Below are positions 56,645 through 64,000 of a stretch of 64,000 nucleotides of DNA, in pieces. The notes beneath the pieces were generated by a model. The model was not told the origin of the DNA and did not search any database. It saw only the letters and a list, made by a program, of their open reading frames with translations. Source of the DNA: Neocallimastix sp. 'constans'. Taxonomy: Eukaryota. How positions within the stretch are numbered: position 1 is the stretch's first letter; each line of letters begins with the position of its first letter. The stretch covers positions 1 through 64,000 of the forward strand of contig JBODTK010000134.1 of NCBI GenBank assembly GCA_050613775.1, in the 5' to 3' direction. A program made the translations under genes and the position numbers.

Positions 56645-57019
56645 ATTATTTAGAAATATTTAAAATAATATTAAAATTTTTATATTATGAAATTTTTTAG
56701 TACAAATAATAAACAAAAATTTCAATTTGATTAATTTGAACAAATTGATATTTGTTTTTTGAAGGGGTAAATACAACTTTATATATGAAATTAAAAAATA
56801 AAGACACATTTTTATTCATATCCCTCGGGTGTTACTGTCCCTTTATCAATATCTTAAAGATGTCTAAAAATTCTTTCCCATAAAATTGGAAGAAGCAAGA
56901 GTTTCTTCATAACAACATGACGGTTTATATTGTAAAATTAGCTAATGAAATGGAAGAGCATATTTAAATAACTCAAAAATAATAACATTTGTTTTTATTA
57001 TCATTATAAATTATAGTAG

Positions 57020-57116
57020 TATATTATTATTATTAATTATTATTATTATTAACTATTATTATTATTAACTATTATTATTATTATTATTAACTATTATTAT
57101 TATTATTATTATTAAT

Positions 57117-57177
<61 letters not shown>
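57020..57177. repeat. (ATT)n microsatellite with AAC/AAT interruptions
   Basis: Direct reading. Confidence 0.85.
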
Positions 57178-57178
<1 letters not shown>

Positions 57179-57759
57179 TTAAATAAGATTTTGTTGAACA
57201 AAATTATTCATAAAATATAGATATTTATAAAATATTAATGATATTTATATCATATATTTAAATATTTTAAAAAAAATTTTTTTTTTTCCTCTTTGTTTTA
57301 TATATATATATATATTTATAATTATTTATTAATAATAATTTTTATAATTCTATATCATAAGCAATATTTCGTACATTTATTGATACCATAAAATTTATAA
57401 AATTTGCTTTTTGATACAGAATATTATTAAAGTTTCAGATACCATAAAATAGATCTCAAACCTATTATAAAAATACGTACAATAGATGACTTCTTTTTTT
57501 TTTTTTTTTTATCTTTATCTCCTCTTACATCTGAAAATTTTAAATTTAATTAAATTTAATTGTATTTGTGATTTTAATGTTTTCATATATTAATAATAAT
57601 AATATATGAAAACATTAAAATCACAATTATATTTTCTCTTTTCTTACAATATATTCCTGTCCTTTATTATTTTTTTACCTTTGAAAGTAGAAACTTAAAC
57701 TTATCGAATTATTTTTAATTGTTTTTATAAGTTTTTTATATATATTAAAGAAAAAGTAT

Positions 57760-58310
57760 AGTTTTTCTTAAGTTTTCAGTAGAACCTCCCCACCTTCCTG
57801 TAAAATATTTGCATTTTATTATTACTTCTATATGAAGTATTATAAAGTAATTATAATTCTTTTTCTTCCAATAACTCTTCTCCTCCATACATCTTTAATT
57901 CATTAAATATATATTATTTAATTCTGAAATAAATAAAATAATATTATTATTTGGATAGCTTTTTTTTTTTTTTTTTTGCTTTAAATTTTTTGTTACCTTA
58001 ATAAAAAAAAGTTTTCCTCTCTTTATCAGATTTTGTATTTGTATCTTAAATTGTATTTCACATTTATTAGGCCAATAGAATTTTAAAAAATTCATTCATA
58101 TTTCTTAATTCATCTAATATATTAATATTTATTAGAAATATAGTAAGAGAATCTGATTAAATTACTTCTTTAGTTAACATATCCTCCTTTCAATAATATA
58201 AGTTATTCCTTCTTTTAAATTTTAATTGATAATTTAGTTTTCATTTGTACTACTAATTCTCTTAATACTTTTTTTTATATTGGTAAACATAATCATCAGC
58301 ACTCATGATG
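57760..58310 (-). mobile_element. Probable decayed Ty1/copia gag-like fragment
   Basis: Minus-strand fragments LKFYWPNK..SYPNNNIILFISELNNIY/ELKMYGGEELLEEKEL*LLYNT resemble the copia gag (UBN2-like) helical region. Heavily degenerate. Confidence 0.4.
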
Positions 58311-59173
58311 ACTGATAAAAAAAAAAATGCTCATCTCTATTAACCATATTCTACAATTAAAGGTTAACAAGAACTTTTGTTGCTACAATATATTATTAAG
58401 CATTAACAAGTTAACAAGTTTAACATTATTACATTTATTAATATGTTATATTTATAATATACTTCGTTACTAAAAAATTAAAAAATTAGTGTAATAGTTT
58501 AATATCAATTAAATTTACTATCTATTTTTATAGTTCTAAAGTTTTGATTTATTAATATTTTATATTAATTATTATTATGTTAAATTTTATTTTAAGATTT
58601 TGTCATACAAAAAAAAAACTTTTTTTTTTGATTAAATTTATATTAATTAAAATAATTTAATCAATAAAAAATAAAAAATATTTAAAAAAAAAGAAAAAAA
58701 AAAAATTATTTTTGATATATACTATTTATTATTAATATTAATATATATATATATAAAAACTGGAATTTCAATCAGTAATTATTTTAATGCAATTATTATA
58801 TTATTATTACTTTCTTGAATTAAAATAAATAATTAATTAATTAATATATTAACTTTAAATTATAAATATATATATATCATTATAAACATAAATAAAATAT
58901 AAATATGAATTTCAAATTGATTATATTAAAATTACTAAATATATTACATAATTGAAATTAAATCATCAACCATATAACAATTTATAAAATTATATGTACA
59001 TTTCTTTACTTTTCAATTATATCAACATAGTAAACAACTTCATTTTAAAAATTAAGCATCATTTAAATAAATTATAATTAAAAAAAAAAATAATTATAAT
59101 AAAAATAATAATAAATAGGAAGCAAAGGAATTATTAATATTCAGATAATAACTCTAATTTAAAATAATTCAAA

Positions 59174-59563
59174 ATGACAACATATGGAGGTGATGAAATT
59201 TCAGCAATTGTTTTAGATATTGGATCATCATTGTCAAAAGCAGGTTGGTCTGGAGAAGACAGTCCAAAAGTTATTATTCCATCTTACGTTGGTACAATAG
59301 TTGATGAAGAAAATAAAGCAGGAGAAGGAAATGTCGATGCAACATTAATTAATGGAACTACAGATAATTCTATTAATTCATCGACTAAAAAAAAAACTAA
59401 AAAATATATTGGGGATGGTCAAATAAATTGTTGGAAAGAAAATATGGAATTAAAAAATCCTTTAAAAAATGGATTAAGTAAGTATTCTCTATATATTATT
59501 TATATATAATTTTTTTTTTTTTTTTTTTTTTATAAGTATAAATTATTGAATAATTAAAAAAAA

Positions 59564-59603
<40 letters not shown>

Positions 59604-59805
59604 TTAGAAGTATTTACATAATTTTTTATGATTTTAAAATTTTAATTGAAATGTTTGTTTTATAAAGACATTATTATATAAAATCCAATGATTAATTTCA
59701 TAATATATTGATATTAATAATTAATATTCATAAACATACATATAAATTTATATTTTCTTTAATCTTAATTATAATTAGAAATTGAAATTTAATGTTAATT
59801 TAAAA

Positions 59806-59869
<64 letters not shown>

Positions 59870-60802
59870 TAAAAATAAAAACTATGTAATTTATAATTTA
59901 TATGTGTAATAAATAGTTTTACCAAATGAAATAAGATATTTTTTTTTAATTAAATAATATAAATTTTATTAATTTTTTTAATTCGAAATTTCTTTTTTTT
60001 TTATACTATACTCATATATATATATATATATATATTATTAAAATTGATATGAAAATATATAATACTAAATATAATTATTATATAAATTATTTAATAAAAA
60101 AAAAAAAAAAATGAAAATACAGTTGAAGATTGGGATACATTAGAAGCTTTATGGGATTATATATTTAGTGAAGGTTTAATGATTGATCCTTCCGAACATC
60201 CATTATTTGTATCCGAATGTTCATGGAATACCCGTAATATTCGTGAAAAGTTAACTGAATTAGCATTTGAAAAATATCAAGTTCAAGCATTTTATGTTGC
60301 AAAGGATGCCGTTTTATCTGCGTAATTATAATAATATTAAAATGAATTGAATATGTAACAATTAAAAAAAAAATGAAATTTTAATTTAATAATAGTCTTT
60401 AATTTCAAATATTAATATTATATATATATGTATGTATGTATATATATATATTGAAATTTTATAAAAAATATAAACTATAAAAACTATAATAAAATAAAAA
60501 ATATAAAGTTTTTCATCCGGTCGTTCTACCGGTTTAATTCTTGATTCAGGAGGTGGCACTACTAGTGCTGTACCAGTATCTGACGGTTATGTTCTTAAAA
60601 AAGGTATATTTTAATCATCATTAAAATTAAAGAAATTTTAATAACTAAATATACAAATAATAATTAGATTAATATATAAATTTAAACTAAAATATATACT
60701 TAATATTTTATAATATATACTTTAATATATTTTATTTTTTTTTTTTGTTATTATTGTTATTTCAATAATTAAAAACCAAAATAATAATAAATAAATAAAT
60801 AT

Positions 60803-60865
<63 letters not shown>

Positions 60866-61344
60866 ATATATTATATATATATTTAAAAATAAATAAAAAT
60901 AAAAATAAAAATAAAAAAAAAATAAAAATAAAAAAAAAATAAAAAAAAAGGTATTATAAAACAAAATTTTGGTGGTGATTTCTTATCACAACAAGCTGAA
61001 GCTCTTATTGAATCAATGTATAATATAAAAATTACCCCAAGGTATAAAATTAAAAAGAAGAGTCCAGTAGATGCAGGTGAACCACCAAAAATTGTTGAAT
61101 ATGATCGTCCAAATACTACTCCAAGTTTCCATCAGTATGCTATGAATGTTAGTTATTATTATATTATATTAATATATAATCATAAAAAAAAAAAAAATTC
61201 TAATTAATTAAAATAACTATTATTATTTTTTATTTATGTTTTTTAAAAAAAAAAAAAAAATAATAATAATAATAATAAAGCAAGTTATGCATGAATTTAA
61301 AGAAACTATCTGTCAAGTTTCAGAAACTCCATACAGAGAAGGGT

Positions 61345-61386
<42 letters not shown>

Positions 61387-61416
61387 TTTAATTGTTTCTT
61401 TTAGTTTAAAGTTAAA

Positions 61417-61458
<42 letters not shown>

Positions 61459-61592
61459 GATATTATTGTTGTTAATGAAAATAAAAACATATAAATACAT
61501 ATTATTGTTTAATATTAAATAATATATTAATAAATATTTAAATATATATATATATGTATTTATATATATAAATATAAATAATTAACTATTTG

Positions 61593-61635
<43 letters not shown>

Positions 61636-62156
61636 TTTTAATCTTTATAGTATATTAAAAGGAAGACCGTTAAAATGTTTTGAATTTCCTGATGGTTATA
61701 ATAATTCATTTGGTATTGAACGTTTCAAAATTCCAGAAATTATGATACAGCCAAGAGAATTTATTATTCAAGTAAATATAAAAAAATAAGAAATAAAAAA
61801 AATTCCAAAAAATATTATTATAAATAATAAATTATATATTATATAAAATTAAAAAAAAAAATAATAATAATAATAAAATTTATATTATTATTATTATTTA
61901 AATATATATATACATTAAATTTAAAAAAAAAAATTAAAATAAAAATAAAGAATCCAAATACAGCTCCAATAGATACCACTAATTTATTAGGTATGCATGA
62001 ATTAATCTATAGGAGTATTAATTTATGTGATGTTGATATTCGTCCAAATCTTTATAGTAATATTGTATTAACTGGTGGTAATACCTTATTTAATGGACTT
62101 ATGGATAGATTAAATAATGAACTTTCAGTATTAGCTCCTGGTGTAAGTATTTACTT

Positions 62157-62205
<49 letters not shown>

Positions 62206-62625
62206 AAGAAAGAAAGAAAGAAAAAAATATATATATACATATATATGTATTATAAAAATAGAAATCAAATAAATAAAAAATTAAACTTATAATAATAATA
62301 AATGAATTAAAATATAAATATAAATTAAATTAAATAAAATTAAATTAATAAATAAAATAAAATAAAATAAAATAATAAAAAATAAATTTTTATATTCTAA
62401 ATCATTCATATATATATTAATATATAATATATATATATATTTATTTATCATATCATATAGATTAAAATAAGAATTCATGCTTCAGGTAATACTTCAGAGA
62501 GAAGATTTGGTGTATGGAATGGTAGTTCAATTCTTTCTTCTCTTGGTACTTTCCATCAACTCTGGATATCTAAGAAAGAATATGAAGAAATTGGTAAATC
62601 TATTGTTGAAAAAAGATGTAATTAG
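59174..62625 (+). CDS. ARP4: Nuclear actin-related protein Arp4 (444 aa, 8 exons)
   Basis: Exons 59174-59477, 60123-60321, 60509-60603, 60951-61147, 61281-61342, 61651-61771, 61951-62142 and 62461-62625, in frame. Arp4/BAF53 hallmarks: [59 protein letters not shown] and [20 protein letters not shown]. Confidence 0.95.
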
Positions 62626-62629
62626 AAAA

Positions 62630-62660
<31 letters not shown>

Positions 62661-62911
62661 GAAAATAATATATATATATATATATATTCATTTATATAAA
62701 AGTAAATCCAACAATATTTTAATAAAAAAAAATCATTGAAAAAAAAATTTTTAATAGACTTAATCCTAATCCTACAATATGTATTTTTTTTTTTTTTAAT
62801 ATATGTTATTTATATATATAACTTAATTATTAATAATCATTATCATGAAAATATTTTTGTATATCATTATCATCACTTAGTATTACTTCACTCTATTAAA
62901 TCAATTAAATA

Positions 62912-62961
<50 letters not shown>

Positions 62962-63439
62962 TAAAAAAATAAATATTATAAAAAAAAAAATTATTTATAT
63001 ATATAATATTCCTTATGTAATATATATATTATTTGGTTCATTTTTATATTCTTTTTTTTTTATATAAATTTTTTTCCTTAAATATAATTAAATATAAAAA
63101 ATATATGTGTATAGGTGTATAATTTTTTTTTTTTTTATTTTCAATTTATTTAATTATTTTATTTAATTTATATTTATCAAATTGAATAATTTTTTTTATT
63201 ATGTTAGTAGTTCATTCAAACATTAATAATTAAATTATTAACATATATTTTATTATAATATTTATAATATAATCTTTAATAATATTTCTTAAATTATTAT
63301 TTTTTTTTTTTTTTTTTTAAATTTAATAATACGGTTATTAATTCTAAGGGTTAAAAGCATAAATCATATTTAAATTTTTTTAAAACTTTAATTTTTTTTT
63401 TTATATATAAACTCTATATTTATAAATTTTTATTTTAAA

Positions 63440-63473
<34 letters not shown>

Positions 63474-63814
63474 TTGTACAAAATTTCTAAATAATAATAA
63501 TAATAATAAATGTTTAACAACAATTAAAAAAAAAAAAAAAAATTAAAAATATCCTAAAAACAGTATAATTAATATATATACATATTAAATTTTAATACTT
63601 GTAATTACTTTTTTAAAAAAAAAGAATGAAAATAAAATAAAAATATTGAATATATCTCGATAAATACTAATTATGAACTTCTTTATTTAAATAATATAAA
63701 TTATATATATTTATTAATTTCATTAATGTCATATATATTTATTTATTAGTTTCATTAATTTAAATAATAATAATATTATTATTATTGAATAAAGGAATTG
63801 TAATTCAATTGTAA

Positions 63815-63863
<49 letters not shown>

Positions 63864-64000
63864 TTCATTTGTTTAATTTTAATTTTCAAAAAGATAAATA
63901 TATATATATAAAATTTATGGAAATTTTTTATCAACTTTTTTTTTTTGCATATTCTTAAAGTTTTATAAATTTATTTTATTTTATATCCGGAATATTTAAA

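Noticed and set aside
50525..62625. Functional chromatin gene cluster (PEHE gene plus ARP4)
   Set aside because: Both relate to histone acetyltransferase complexes, but they are ~6 kb apart with relic DNA between. Adjacency alone is not evidence without synteny data.

Overview
Extremely AT-rich eukaryotic DNA with GT-AG introns, long poly(A/T) tracts and microsatellites. The gene content (CBM1-CE4 esterases, SSNA1/DIP13, an orphan 7TM protein) and composition best fit an anaerobic gut fungus (Neocallimastigomycota); this is an inference. The left ~28 kb is an accessory zone. It holds a 35-bp satellite array, decayed Ty3/gypsy and Ty1/copia fragments, an intronless 7TM gene, decayed ORFs, and a CBM1-CE4 deacetylase family (two intact genes, two 3' pseudogene fragments). 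The right ~35 kb holds spliced genes that I reconstructed exon by exon, all in frame: a Cys-rich membrane protein, VPS24, ALG2, SSNA1, ATG8, ARP4 and a 10-exon gene. The 10-exon gene encodes a GATA-like finger (CCCH variant), a PHD finger and a PEHE-like (MSL1/KANSL1-type) motif, and is the most interesting find. All domain calls come from motif recognition by eye; no database searches were run.
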